From assembly GCF_009914755.1 (NCBI RefSeq), contig NC_060942.1: a DNA stretch of 64,000 bases; one strand, 5' to 3'. The translations under genes and the position numbers were made by a program. The notes beneath the pieces were generated by a model, which was not told the origin of the DNA, searched no databases, and saw nothing but the letters and a program-made list of their open reading frames with translations. This DNA comes from the human T2T-CHM13v2.0 reference genome, Homo sapiens. Shown piece after piece: positions 18,986-42,764 of this stretch. How positions within the stretch are numbered: position 1 is the first letter of the stretch; each line of letters opens with the position of its first letter.

Positions 18986-20679
18986 TCAATTTCTCAACCC
19001 TCTCACTGACCTCTAGCCACATGCCTGTTAGCTCTGGGGTCAGCACCGTGTGGGCTCACTTCCATGGCTGGTTGGGTAGTAGGGTGACCACACGACCGTA
19101 CCCCACACGGTTTGGAGCCCTTTCTGCCCTGCAGGGCCTGGAGCAATATTGTTTTTCTTTTTTTTTTCTTTTTCTTTTTTTTTTGACCAAATTTAGATTA
19201 ATTACTCCAGTCTTGGTCGTTTTTAATTCCATTTGGAAACCTATTATAGTGAATAACTCTTATGTGAACTTTTATAAAATCTGGTGTCTGTGGTTCCTGT
19301 GTTTGGATAAATCCAGTTAAATTTGTTTCAATGTAGCATGAGTCTATAGTTTTTATATATCATACGTCTGTCGTGTCCAGAGAAATCAGGTGCCCAGAGC
19401 TGGCAACTGGAAGACCCATCACCATGAGGCAGCGATGTCACTCTCTTCATGGCCATCTTGATAACGGCATAATGCAGGATTGATCTTTACACGTGTGTGT
19501 GTGTGACGTGTGCGTGTGTATGGACTTGGATGGCTCTTCGAAGGAAATCTTTTTAAGGAAACCTACAAACTCCTTTACTGGGTTAATGGGAGCATCAGAG
19601 GAAGATTCCAGAAGGAAACATAAACCTAGGGAGACAAGATGAAAACTGAGAGCTTTAGCCACCCCCTTCAGGGGGAGAATGTCTCTTTTTTTGTCAACTG
19701 GGAACCATTTGGGTTTGCTGATAATGGTGACAGACAGATACAGATATAGACTATGCCATAACTTACAAGATTGTCTCTGATACTGTGAAATCAGAATTGG
19801 ATTTTCTAAACGCTAATAAAGCCTACACTCTGGGTACCTCACTTCTACTCCCCTTCCAAGGATTTATACCTAATTTTGTATTCATCATTTAGCCTCTGTT
19901 TTTTCAAAGAGAGCCTTCCAAATTGTGAGCATTAAACCCCTCACAGTGCTTGGATCCACCTTTGTATGGAATTGTGAGTCCTTAAGAAAAAGTGCCAGTC
20001 CTTCTTTTTTTCTCCAAAGAATCTGTGTTGATTCCTAGAAATGTGGCAGCTGATAAGCATGAAGGAGGAGTCGCTGGGACAGGCCATGGAGCCTGAGAAC
20101 CCTGAAGATCAAAGGCAGGCAAATAACTGCTGTGGGAAGGGCGTGAATATCCCCACAAAGTGTTTTGTGAACATTTACGTAACTTCTTTTGTGTTTTGCT
20201 ACTAATGTAGTCATTTGCTTCCATAGCCCTTTTGGGTAATATTACCAATATGAACTCATAAGCCGTTCATTTACTTTTGAGATGAAAAATGTTCTTCTTT
20301 CAGAGCATCTTGCTTGCCATAATAATAGGTGAAGTTGAGCACAGTGACCTCATGGCTCTGGAATGAACGAAAAATCACAATTCACACTTAACTCCTAGTT
20401 TTTTTTAAACGAAAAAATAAATAAATTATCATCCTCAAAGTGTAATTTTTAAAGTTCCTTTTTTATGTACCTAATATGTCTGGGCCAAATTTAATCCATC
20501 TACTCAACCATGTCCATTCCTAATCATATCTCACATAGAAAACGTAAAAGACAGAAGCTAAGACAAAACTTGTCCTTATAATATGCATGTTTTTTTCATG
20601 GCTGAGATGGGGGTTCAATGAGTTAAGTTACTGAATTCTAAATACTTTAGAATTATGCTGTTAATTGTATTTATAGCTA

Positions 20680-21208
<529 letters not shown>

Positions 21209-21262
21209 TTAAAAGGTTATTACACATTTTTGTTTTTAATTTGTAACTCTTTCAAACTTTAG

Positions 21263-21360
21263 GAATTCTTTGACCATGTGAAAAAACTTTGGGACGATGA
21301 AGGCGTGAAGGCATGCTTTGAGAGATCCAACGAATACCAGCTGATTGACTGTGCACAATA
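21263..21360 (+). CDS. GNAL: G-alpha-olf internal coding exon (98 nt, commonly exon 5): [32 protein letters not shown](Y)
   Basis: CTTTAG acceptor and GTAAGT donor. The peptide is the Gs-family helical domain ([14 protein letters not shown]) with Golf-type residues. The phase joins the 58659 exon (TA|C = Tyr). Confidence 0.97.
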
Positions 21361-21793
21361 GTAAGTTGTGTCCTGTACAAGTTACAGGGCCCTTTGAAGA
21401 ATATGATTGCATGCATGATTATGCTGCCTTCTCAGTACTGAAGTTTCTTGAGTGCAAGGAATGAATAATTAACCTTTTATGACAGAAATCAACTTTTAAA
21501 ATGAGACATGTTTAGTAGATGGAAAATTGAAAATCCAGTAAGAATCAATGTTTCTGACAACCAGAAAGTTTTGTTCATTTTGTCCTGATTGTTTTCAGTT
21601 CTCTTCATTTTTTGACTTTTACATAGAGCTATATGCATATTGGTAAGTTAAAGTGAACTTCCGTGGTTATTGTTATGTTTTGATTTTGGAGCAGGGGCCT
21701 CAAATTATATTTTAAAATAATACGAACCTTGTGATCAAGGCCAGGCTCTTAAAGTAATGTGATCATTCTGTACACATTAGAAGTATACCAGAA

Positions 21794-22128
<335 letters not shown>

Positions 22129-22587
22129 TCATTGTTTTTCCCTGAAACACTTACTTTTCCATTTTGTTTTGCTATGTTAGATATATTCTATTGCTATTAG
22201 AAAATAATGGTCCTTAGAACAATGTTAAATTATTAAGAAGTTCTAGATATGTTTGCTGTTTTGATAATTAAAAATTGTAGTTGACTAGTTGTTTTATGTA
22301 AAGCTGTGGATAGCAAGAAATGAAAAATTTTACATTTTAAATCTCTAAACTCTAAAAATTCATATACATAGAAGAGATTCCATAGCATAAAATCTGGGAA
22401 TTCATAGTATTTGGAACCAATCAGTGGAGCTGCATTGTGAATGTTGATTTCCAGGAGGGAGTGGTTGTGTTGGCCCAAGCTCCTGCTTACTAGGTTCTAC
22501 TTCCACTCACCATCCCCCATGGGATGGGCCTGAAGCACCCAGCGAAGCCCAGAGAGCCAGGCTCCAAGGGGCCCATGGCAAGGGCCA

Positions 22588-22640
22588 GAGGAGGAGGAGG
22601 AGCGGGGAGGGGGAAGGAAGAGGAGGAGGAGGAGGAGGAG
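22588..22640 (+). repeat. (GGA)n purine-rich simple repeat
   Basis: GAGGAGGAGGAG tracts. Confidence 0.8.
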
Positions 22641-23556
22641 ACACTAAGCATGGCTGGGGAAAGAAAGAGTGCTCATAAAGAAGTGAGGGAGGTCAGTGGG
22701 GCCAGACACCCCCAGGGCTGAAGACCACAGCAAGGAACTTGGGTTTTCTTTCAGCTACAGCAACCAGCCATCCCAGCCATAGGCTCCAAGCATGTGGTTG
22801 TCAGGGAAAGTAGATTGCAGAAGGCAGAGACCCTGTGGGGTGCCTTGGGTTGGGCTGGGGTAGCCATGCAGGTGAGTGCTGGAAACTGAAGGGCAGAACT
22901 AGCTGGTGGACTTAATGAGGAAAGGGATCCAGGAGGGTACAGGGTGAACCACGGTGCCATTTACTGCAAAGGGGACATCTAGGAGACTTAGGGAAGAGAT
23001 CCAGCTCTGATTTGGAGAAGTTGAGTTTGAGATGCCAAATGGAGAGCCATGTGGAGGCATCGAGCAGTCAGTCTGTTGTCAGAGCCTGGAGCTCGGAAGA
23101 GAGGCAGATGGCCCCAGTGTACCGGTCATCAGCTACTGATGGTATGCAGAGCCTGGGAATCCAGAGCACACGAGGAGTGCCCGCAGAGAGGCAAGGGCTC
23201 TGGGCCTGAGAAAGTTCAGCTTCAGACAAGGAAGAGCCTCACAGCACATCTGGGAGAGAGGGAGTGCCCAGCAGAGGGCACAGGTCGTCCGGGCCAGATG
23301 CTGGAGAGACCCGGAAGGAGGAGGGCTGATGGTCCTAGTAAGATTGTACTTAACCTCCTTCTTACCTTGTCCAAGGACAGGATGTCCCATGCTCAGTCCG
23401 CAGGCATGTGGTGAGCGCGCTTGGCAAGGCAAAGTATAGTAAAGCATCGAGAATGGAGCGCACACCTGCTGCAAACACCCTCAGAGGACCGTAGAAAGGG
23501 TTAGCCACCTCCATTATACACTAAAGAAAGTATTTACTCATGAAAATTTTTAATTA

Positions 23557-24664
<1,108 letters not shown>

Positions 24665-25029
24665 GACACAATAGAATTATGTTAAACTCACGTGCTTTAG
24701 AGGTGGGAAGAATATACCAGGAAAATGCTAGCAACTGGAATTTCTAAAGCAGTTCTTAATAATATTAAAATTCATACACCTCTGCATTTGAAGCTGTTGT
24801 GGAATATGCGTTCTATCATCCTTTTTCAGTATTTCAGTATTTATTGGACAAAGACTGGCCTTGGAGAACACCACAGTTCTGCTCAATGCCACATTAGAAA
24901 TTTTTCTGTTGTAAAAAAAAAAAATGGACAAGTTATTCCTGCATCACCGTAGTGATAGAATTAATAATTTGATTTAAAATAGAATATGTGAAAATAAATC
25001 ATGGAAAAAGAAATGGTGTGAGCTTGGCA

Positions 25030-25215
25030 ATAGGCAGATCGGAATTCAGATTCTGGCCCCACCCCCGACCACTGTGTGAGACTTTGGGCAAATTACTTTT
25101 ATGGGAAAATTAACAGGATCTATTCTCATATGGTTGTGGGATTAAATAAGTAGATATCCAAAGTCCTCAAAATAGTGCCTGGCACTTAGTAAGCACTAGG
25201 TAAGTGTTATCTCTT
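25030..25215 (+). mobile_element. MIR fragment
   Basis: TGTGTGAGACTTTGGGCAAATTAC...ATAGTGCCTGGCACTTAGTAAGCACT. Confidence 0.65.
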
Positions 25216-25980
25216 GCTAGAATGTGACTGATACAGAAACTGACACCTAGAGAGGTGCCTACGATCACAGTTACCCAGGAACAGATGAGACCACAGCCAA
25301 AATCTGCTATTTCTTTTAGATTTATTCCTTCAAATTACAGAAAGCCACAGATAAAAACTGCCTTGTGAGCGAGGCCCCAGGGCCTCAGGCCAAGACTCCC
25401 TTCTAGGCTTGTCAGGAATAAAACACCTTTAGCCAAAGCCTCTGTTTCAGCTTTCTGAACCCTGGGCCTGACAGAATTACAGAAACTGGTTCCCCCTTGA
25501 GGCCTCACTATCCTAGGCTAATTGTAACTTCTCCCGTTTAGCTCGTTTCACCCATTTTAATACATACAGGAATCATGTGGAGCAATAACCTTTGCATCCT
25601 AATAACTATCTTGTTTTTCCTATAGGGTCAGATTCTGGAATTGAGGGATGAGGGATTTCAAAAACAACTAACATTTCAATAAATCTGTTAGACCAACATA
25701 GAGCTGCCAAATTCTTTTACTTTGCCAAATAAGATGTTAGAAAAAATAAAAGCTGCTCCCATCTCCCACCACCGTCACTTCATAAAAGAAAGGACATTTC
25801 AAAATCAGGCCAGTAACAGGACATGTCTCAGACCACAGTCTGAGTGCAGTCCTCAGACCACGAGACTCGTGTGTCTTGTTCAGCCTACTAGGTTTTGAAT
25901 TCCCCAGGGAATGTGTCTCATTCATATTTAAATGCCCAGCTCCTAGGTGGGTGTTCTTGTATAAAGTCAGCGCTCAGTCA

Positions 25981-26277
25981 ACGGGCGCAGTAGCTCACGC
26001 CTGTAATCCCAGCACTTTGGGAGGCCGAGGCGGGTAGATCACTTGAGGTCAGGAGTTCGAGACCAACCTGACAAACATGGTGAAACCCCGTCTCTACTAA
26101 AAATACAAAAATTTGCTGGGCATGGTGGCACACACCTGTAATTCCAGCTACTCAGGAAGCTGAGGCAGGAGAATTGCTTGAACCTGGGAGGCAGAGGTTT
26201 CAGTGAGCTGAAATCCGTGTACTCCAGCCTGGGCAAGAGAGCAAGACTCCATCTCAAAAAATAAATAAGTAAATAAA
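25981..26277 (+). mobile_element. AluS
   Basis: Alu consensus; TSD TAAAGTCAG(C/T)GCTCAGTC. Confidence 0.92.
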
Positions 26278-26532
26278 GTCAGTGCTCAGTCGGTGCTATC
26301 TGAAATATGTGAACTGACCAAAAAAGAGCCAGTATTTGATGTGGTATTAACGGAAACAGCCAACCCTCATCTCCTTGACGGGTCCGTACTCACTCGCCTT
26401 TCCCCATGCTGATTCCCACTATTCCTGCGTGTTTTCCATTTTCTTTACATCTAAATTGCTCTTGGAAAAGCTCTGACTTAAATCTTGGTGTGACAGTAAG
26501 TCACTGTGTCACCTTGCTCAACAGAATTGCAT

Positions 26533-26681
<149 letters not shown>

Positions 26682-26824
26682 TAGTGCTTATGAAGAAGGT
26701 AATAATTCTAAGACCTCTTAAAGTCATTTATTCCATGGCAGGAGTCATGGGAGTCTTTTGGGCTTCTCAGTGATGCTGAAATTGTTAGGGCCTCAGGAGG
26801 CCAGGCTGCCAATTAAGAGAATCC

Positions 26825-27430
26825 AGTAGTTCCTCAAAAGGTTCAACATCGAATTACCCAGCAATTCCACTCCTAGGTGTAAACCCAAGAGAATTAAAAA
26901 CATACCTCCATACAAAAACTGGTAGATGGATGTTCATAGCAATATTTGTCATCATAACTAAAAGGTGAAAACAACCGAAATGTTCATCAAATGAAGAATG
27001 TATAGACAAAACGTGATACATCCACACAATGGAATATTACTCGGCAATGAAAAGGAATAAAGTGCTGACACATACTACAACATGGATGAACCTTGAAAAC
27101 ATCACACTAAGTGAAAGAAATAAGACACAAAAAAGACACATATTATATGATTACATGTATATGAAATGACCAGAATAGGTAAATCTACAGAGACAGAAGT
27201 CAAGTAGTGGTTTCTAGGGAATGGGGAGAGGGGGAACTTAAGAGTGACTGCTAATGGATGATGGAGGGTTTCTCTTTGGGATAATGAGCAAGTTCTGGAA
27301 TTGGATAGTGGTGATAGTTGCACAATTTTGTGAATATACTGAAACCATGGAATTGCATACATCAAAATGGTGAGTTTTGTCTTATTTGAAATTATAAGTT
27401 ATGTAAATTATATCTTGATTTAAAAAAAAA
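26825..27430 (+). mobile_element. L1MB-like 3' end
   Basis: ACCCAGCAATTCCACTCCTAGG...CAACATGGATGAACCTTGAAAACAT...GATAGTGGTGATAGTTGCACAA. Confidence 0.8.
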
Positions 27431-28828
27431 ATGACAGGAGAGGGAAGAATCCAGGGCAGGAAAGGCAATGGGAGCTCTGTGGTCAGGCCTGGCCATGGGC
27501 ACGGTCTAGGGGAGGACTCATGTGAAGACAGAGATGCTGCCTTGTCCTTCAGGCCTCCTTGGTGAGTCAGCGGTCCTCTTCTGAAGTACAGGTTAAGGTC
27601 AGAATATGTGTTTATAAGGCCTGCTTCTTCATACTTGACCCACCGAAAGTACATGCCCCCACACACTCTCTCCAAGCCTGCAAATATGTGTGCGGATAGG
27701 GACCTCCAAAACTGTAAAGCACCCATGAAAAAAGTCTAAGGCTGTGAAGATCTGTGTTGTGCTGCTTGGCATGCAAGGAATGGAAACTTACCAAGTGACT
27801 TCAAGAAAAGGGGGGTTTTCTCCTGAGGATCTGGAAGCTGGTATTGAGCCAAAGGCCCTATGGGGAAAAGTATTCTGTTCTTGCCTTCAGGCGTTTCAAC
27901 TTTGCCATCCCTGTTTACTCCACTCGTACCTTGTCCACTCCGTAATCTGCAGCCCAATTCCAGAGGGAGCAGGGGAGATGGGCTTTGCTAAGGCCAGGCC
28001 AATTCTTACCTAGCTTTGTCCCGTCAAACAGGCCCACTGGCCAGTTGCTGGGGCTCACTTGACCCAGTCGGTGGCCATTTGTGTGTCCCTGAGCAGGTGC
28101 TGTGGTGAGGCAGGGCCAGCCAGGTGGCACTGAGCAGCTGCAGGACTGATGTGATTGCAGGACTGTGAGAATAATTATTATCACTGAGCCTTAAATACTG
28201 TGTTTTCTGTAAAAGTGAGTGTCCTTGAAGCATTGAGCAAGCTGTGCAAATTACCAGAGATTATATTTTATATTGAATTTCCCAGTTCCTACTGTGAAAA
28301 TTTAAAAACAACCTCTACTGAATTATCCCCCAAAATGCATTTCCTCTAAGTCCTAATACTAAGTGATTATGTAACCATGGAAACGGTTATTTTGGGAGAA
28401 AGAAAATCAGAGAGAATTGGATCTTTAGCATAGCTTTATAAAATCGGACTTTGCTTAATGGAACTTTAAACTCCACAGCTCACAGAGTGTAGGTTCTTAT
28501 GCTCAGTACGACACATGATAAGCTCCTTTAGGGTACATCCATTTCAATAATTGGTTTTTGAATTCTCTAAGGAGAGACACTATCCCAGAAAAAAAGAAAA
28601 GAGCAGCGAAAAAAGTCAAGTGATTTTTCTGCTGCAGTCCCAGATCTGTTTTCTGTCATCTTTCAGGAGTTTTCTTGACCCCATTGGCCCTCTTTGGCAC
28701 TGATTTGATCCTATGGCTGTCAAGTCCTGGAATACTCAGCTTTCAGGACAATCTGGAAATTATTAGCACAAATGAAATTTCAACTTCAAAGTTAATTTTT
28801 TGAAGGTCATTTTAAAATGAAAGGAATT

Positions 28829-29630
<802 letters not shown>

Positions 29631-30690
29631 TGAGCACTACAATAACATTTACTTTAGCTATGAAAAATAAATGTAGCAGCAGGGACTAGGTAGGTAGACC
29701 AGATGTCTCTGTGTGTGGCCATCAGCCCCTGTTACATGTTTCTTTTATTCTCCTCTAGAAACCCTTGCCCTGAGACATCCAGAAGAAAATTTTTAGTGGG
29801 ATTACCACAAATGTTTTTGTGTGTAAAACCTGTTTTTAAAATATCTCAGAAAATCTACTTACTTGGGTGGAGAACTGCAGTGGCTTCCCATTCCTTATCT
29901 AACGTAACCCTCAGACTTCCTATACAGAAAGGATGCCTGGAACAGGATGGCCTTCAGGGCCTGGCCTCTCTGCCCAGCACATACATCACAGGAATCTCCA
30001 ATCATGGCGTGAAAATCAGGACCTTCAAACTATAAAACAAAAATCACATTTTTGATGCCTTAGAGCTGGATTTTTCAGTATTTCTTAGAAATGGAACGCT
30101 TCGTCACACGGAACTGTATGGAATGCCACTAGCAAAGAGGGAGAAGACAAGTCCCCTGGTGAGGAGCCGGAGCCCTTGTATTCGCTTCTGCCTGCTGCTG
30201 TGTGGCCCCTCTGTTGCCTCCAAATGTGAGGCTCCCCGGGGTGCGGTTTAAAAACTAGTGCCCGTTTTCAAAATTCATACCAGCAGAACCAAATGCAATT
30301 TATAGCCAATGCCAAAGCAAAGTGGTATTTTATTAAAATAAATATATGAAACCAAAGTGAAAATTTAATAAAGTAAAATTTAGTTTACATATTCACATTT
30401 GTAACATTTACTTATTATAAACAAACCTAAAGATCTCTATGGCTATATTGATAAGAACAAAATTGGAATTCAGTGGTCTTAGATGACGGTTGAGTTTTTC
30501 GCTGGACTCAACATCCAGCTTATTCCTGCTAGGGAGGGGCGTGTGGGAACATCCTGACATATGCAGATGAGTTGTTGCAAATGGTAGCAAAAATGGGGTC
30601 TTTTGTTAAGGTTGCCTTGTAATTACAAGAAACATTTTAAGTTAAATGATGTAGAAATGTGAAAAGGAGAATCATAAGAAATTTTCTTCT

Positions 30691-32856
<2,166 letters not shown>

Positions 32857-33214
32857 CTAACCCAATGAGTTCATTATCTTTATTTTGCAGATGAGGATAT
32901 AAAGGCACATAAGATTACATAAGACTACACAATACCAACTATTACTTGATTGATCCAGGATTTCAAATTTTAAACCTAAAGATTATGAGAGACTACTTAG
33001 ATTAAAAGTTCACCAAGCATTCTGTGAGCATCAGATGCATGCTAGACACTGCCAGCCACTGAATGACAAAGATGAATGAGGCATGGACCTATGCATTTGA
33101 AGGAGATTGCCTCAGGGACATCCTTTTTCTCAGATTCTGAAGGAACTGTCATCAACTTCACATCTCCATCCACTTCATATCTTGAACCTAGTTTTCCAAT
33201 GAAAGCCAGGATAG

Positions 33215-33528
<314 letters not shown>

Positions 33529-33569
33529 CAGGATAGCTTTTGATGTACATATAGAGGTCCTTATGATTC

Positions 33570-34790
33570 AAGAAAGTGAAAAAACAAGCTCATAGAAGGG
33601 GGAAAATGTTTATAAATCATGCATCTGATAAAGGACTTGTATCTAGAATCATAAAGAACTCTTACAAATCAATAATAACATAAGTAAACCGATTTTTAAA
33701 TCAGCAAAGGATCTAAATAGACATCTCCCAAGTAAGATAGATGAATGGCTAATCAGCCACGAAAAGATGCTAAACATCTTTAGCTGTTAGGAAAATGCAA
33801 AGCAAAACTACAGTGACATTCCACTTCATAACCCTAGGGTGGCTGTGCCTAAAAAGTCAGATAAAACAAGTGTTGCTGAGGATGTGAAGAAATTGGGATC
33901 CTCATATACTGCTGGTGGGAATGTAAAATAGTCCAGCCACTTTGGAAAACAAACTGGTAGTTCTAAAAAACGTTAAACACAGTTGCCATATGGCCCACCA
34001 ATTCCACTCCCAAGTGTATGTCCAAGAGAATTGAAAATATACATCCATGCAAAAACTTCTAGGCAAATACTCATAGCAGCATTATTCATAATAATCAAAA
34101 TGTGTAAACAGGCTGGGCATGGTGGCTCACACCTGTAATCCCAGCACTTTGGAGGCCAAGGTGAGTGGATCACTTGAGCTCAGGAGTTTGAGACCAGCCT
34201 TGGCAACATGGTGAAATCCCTTCTTACGAAAAATTATCCAGGCATGGTGATGCGCACTGGTAGTCCCAGCTACTTGGGGGGCTGAGGCGGGAGGATTGCT
34301 TGAGCCCAGGAGGTCGAGGCTTCAGTGAGCCAAGATTGCATCACTGCACTCCAGCCTAGGTGACAAAATGAGACCCAGTCTCAAAAAAAAGCGTTAACGA
34401 CCCAAATGCCCATCAGCCGATGAGTGGATAAACAAAATGTGACGCATCCACACGATAGAATGTTATTCAGTTACAAAAAGAAATGAAGTCCTGATGCATG
34501 CTACAACATGGATGATCCTTGAAAACATTATGCTAAGTCAAAGCCACCAGACACAAAAGACCACATATGGTATCATTTCATTTATATGAAATGTCCAGAA
34601 TAGGTGTATCTACAGAGACAGAGTAGACGAATGTTGCATGGAGCCAGGTGGACTTGGGGGATGAGGAATCGCTTTAATGTGTACAGAGTTTCCTCTTGGA
34701 GTGATGAAAATGTTCTAAAAGTGATTGATGGTTGCACAACTTTGAATATACAACAAAAAAGTCATTGAATTGTGCATCTTAATCAAGACT
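33570..34790 (+). mobile_element. L1MB-like 3' region interrupted by Alu ~34111-34390
   Basis: TGCTGGTGGGAATGTAAAAT; CATGCTACAACATGGATGATCCTTGAAAACATTATGCTAAG. Confidence 0.8.
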
Positions 34791-35513
34791 CCCTGTTGCA
34801 ACTGGCTTGTGAGAGCTTTACTTGGACACTTCAGTAAAATTAATTTGGAGACTCCTGATCATTCGAGTCTGCCTAATTTCAGGGCCTTCTGATTTAATAC
34901 CAAGTGGGTAAGATGCATTATGTTTCATCCATGTGCCACGCATGGTGACAGTGTGGGGATGCTTCTGAGAGGATGCGGTATGAGATCCATAGCATTTCAG
35001 ATTGTTCATGTACTTACTTTGTCTTTTTAAAAATCAGTTTAAGAGAGAAAGGCGGAAGAAATGAAATAGAAAAGCAAAAAATACTGATTCAAAATACAGT
35101 ACCCATACTGAAAATATGTCTTAAAAATCTCTTCTAAAAGACTATCTTTGTGGAAATTGGCAGGTAATTTCTAAGTTGTTTCCATAGGATTTGGAGTTGT
35201 TCTTCTCCATGCAGTGCGTGACACAGTAACATATAAATATGAGATGTTATAGCATATATCACTACTTCATTCCTTTCAATAGTTGAACCACATGAATGAA
35301 CAACTAAATCTAACCAAATTTTGTAAACTGTTCATTATGATGGGCTAACTGACATGAAATTATTGTGTACCACTGTGCCTAGAACAATGCCTGGCATATA
35401 ATAGGTGTTTAATAAACTTGTTACATGAATAGATTTTTGTGTTATCACTGTTCTTTTTCTGCTCTCTCTACCATTCATAGCCCAGTATTCCTATGTATAC
35501 AAAATTAATTTTT

Positions 35514-35828
35514 GGCTGGGTACAGTGGCTCACGCCTGTAATCTCAACACTTTGGGAGGCCAAGGCAGGAGGATCACTTGAGCCTAGGAGTTTGAGAGCA
35601 GCCTGGGCATCTTGGCGAGACCTCATCTCTACTAAAAGTAAAAAAAAAAAAAAATTAGCTGGGCCATGGTGGTGTGCACCTGTGGTCCCAGCTCCTTGAT
35701 ATGGTGAAAGCGGGAGGATTGCTTGAGTCTAGAGTTTGAGGCTGCAGTAAGCCATGATCAAGTCACTGCACTCCAGCCTGGGTGGCAGAGCAAGACCTTG
35801 CCTCAAAAAAAAAAAAAAAAAAAAAAAA
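35514..35828 (+). mobile_element. AluJ-like
   Basis: Alu consensus with A-tail. Confidence 0.88.
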
Positions 35829-37124
35829 ATTTTTTTTCTTTAAAGCTCAGATAGACGTAAGCATAATATCTCTTCATAGCAGCATTATTCACAATTGGGC
35901 AAAAAGTGGAAACAACCCAAGTGTCATCAGCTGACAAATGGATAAACAAAATGTGGTGTATCCCTACAATGGAATATGATTCCACCGCAAAAAGGAATGA
36001 GGAGCTGAACTGTGCTACAGCACAGCCTCCTTTAGAGCACAAGCGTTCTAGCTCAGAGAAAAGCGAAAGCTGTAATCGTGCATTGTGTGAGCACTTCCTT
36101 CGTCCCAGTGAACAATAATAATGTGTTCACAATATCAAGGAATGTAATGAAAGCTTTTCAAATAGAACTTAAGGTATAAGGAAGCTGCTCTTTGATAATT
36201 TCATATCAAAGAAAGCATTCAAAAAAGGAAGAAAGTAAAACCTTTCTTAGGGTAGTGCATGCATTAGCGGTTAGAATTAAATATCTTTATTTCACCAAAC
36301 TCCCTTGATCACATAATAACTAGGATCCATGATATCAACAAAAGCTACCTTTGAACTATGGCATTATTCTATTAACTGACTTAAGGAACTCTCCACACAA
36401 ATAGAATTTCCATTTACTTACAATTTTATTCATGTGACAACAATTAAGTGCATGGGATGCTCGTATTTCTCATTCTATTCGATATTTGTGAAAATGCAGT
36501 GCTCTGCATTATTTCTGTGAAGAAAGAATGAAAGATTCCTTATCCAGCTACTGAGGCAGGTAGTCATTGCTAAGAAAGAAACTGCTTTGCCATGACTTTC
36601 TGCCAGGATACATGCAGTGACTAAATATATCTTCTAAGATAGACAAGACTTAACAGATCGTTTTGCCAAAAAAGGAAATTTTTTATTAACCTCAATTGAA
36701 CATGTTTAATGACATCCCAGATCTCTTTTAAAATAGGAGACTCAGCAGAGGTGAACACTGATGCAAAGGTCAGTTTCTCATTCCAGCTCTTCCTTTGAAA
36801 CATAGTGTGACCTGAGCAAATCTGTGTGTTTGGTATCTGGGGCACCCCCTCTGAGAAAGCTCTTTATCTAGGAGTCCTCAGACTTCCCTTTGTTACCCTT
36901 TGTTGACCACGTGCTTCTCATAGTTAGCGTTCTTCCCTGGAATGATCTACAGGAGACCTGGTGGACGTATTCGGGAATGCTGTGACAGATTCAGTCAATG
37001 TACACAGTCATAGCTGCAGAGAAGAGGAAGCACCCGGAGGCCTCCAGTGAGCAAGAGCCATGTTGAATGCACTTTGTCCTTCTTTCTTTGATTTAGTTCA
37101 CGTAAATGACATTGAGGAATTTGC

Positions 37125-39081
<1,957 letters not shown>

Positions 39082-39308
39082 ACTTAGTTCATACTCATTG
39101 TAAAGTTAGCACTTCTTTTAAAAACATTCATCTTTGGCCTTCTTTCAACTGTTGACTATTTGATTGTTGACTGTTTCACTGTTGAGTGACTTTAGGGTGT
39201 TGACTGTTTCAGAAGAAACTGAATGCTATTATGGTACATTATAAAGGTACAAAAGTGATAAGTATTCTGCTTTGTTAGAGGATTTTTCACATTCTAAAGA
39301 GATGTTAA

Positions 39309-41422
<2,114 letters not shown>

Positions 41423-41969
41423 TCGCTATTTTTAACTTATAGATTGTAAGCTTAATGTTCAGGTTAAACATAAAAATTACGTAAGAACAACTGGCTTCCA
41501 TATTCCTTCAGAGGTGGGATTTGTACCGTATTACGCCAGACGCAATCCTGTCCTTCTATCTTCAGGTTTGTAATAGTAAAATCATTTTCCATCCAGAAGC
41601 ATGTTTTCAGAATAAACTATGTTTCCCAGTAGTCAACCAGACAGCTGTGAGATATGGCAAAATGCTGTGTGCAGGAGAGTGCACTTTTCTTGAAAATAAA
41701 AAAAAAAAGTAGCATAATAAAGACTGCTAACAAATAATAAGAACACAGATTGGAAAGAGGAATATATCGTGTGTTTCATAGACCTAACAATATTTCACGT
41801 GTTTGGTTCCCTGCCATATTGCTTGAGTTTGTACGTTAGTTTGTAGGAACCTGACCAAAGGAGTAGATTTTCCTCCTACAAAATGCTCTCCAACTAGAGG
41901 AGTCAGAGAGAAATGGGCCCAGTTGAGGCAGAGGTAGCTTGCGCCACTCCGGGTAACAGAGTGACACCC

Positions 41970-42090
41970 TGAAGGAAAGAAATAAAGGAAGGAAGGGAGG
42001 GAGGGAGAGAGGGAAGGAAGGAAGAGAAAAGAGAGAGAGAGAGAGAGAAAGAGAGAGGGAGGGAGAGGGGGAGAGAGACAGAGAGAGAAG
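41970..42090 (+). repeat. Polypurine (GGAA/GGGA/GA)n tract
   Basis: About 120 nt of almost pure A/G. Confidence 0.9.
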
Positions 42091-42659
42091 GGGCCCAGTC
42101 AGCCTTCTCAGTTTTGCTGTGTCAGCTCTATATGGTCTTCACAATATTTGCAAATATCCAATACAAACTGCCAGGAAAACGCCACTTAAATAATACATTT
42201 TTTTCTCTTAGTAAGTCTTGTTTCAGGGATTTTTTAAGTTAAGCGGTTTTGAGTGGCCCTCTCTGGTGATCTGACCTGATGAGGGATTATTACCCACTGT
42301 TAGATCATAGGCCTTATTTTTTCCAGCTTTATAAATGAGGAAATTGAGACCAGAAAAGAGAGGCATCCCGTACCAGCCTTAGAGGGACAGGTGTGTTGAG
42401 ATTTCATTTTCAGCTTCTCAAAGTGGTAAGTTGTTCAGTGTAAAGAAGGAGGAGGAGAATCACTGTGTTGCTAAATGAGTGAATGCCAACTTCGACTAAC
42501 ATGGAAGTTAGGTTTCTCATAACAGTATTAACTCACCACATCACCAAGAGGAATAATAAACCGTGCATTTAAACTGCAGATGGAGGAATGCAGAATTCTG
42601 TTTACATGCTGCTGTTCTATTTCTTTCTCTTTCTTATTTTTATTTTTAAATCGACATCA

Positions 42660-42720
42660 TTTTTTTATATATAAATATATAAATACATATATAAATATAT
42701 AAATATAAATATATATATAA

Positions 42721-42764
<44 letters not shown>

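Noticed and set aside
28115-28132. CTCF-like CAGCCAGGTGGCAC
   Set aside because: A single imperfect motif with no supporting context.
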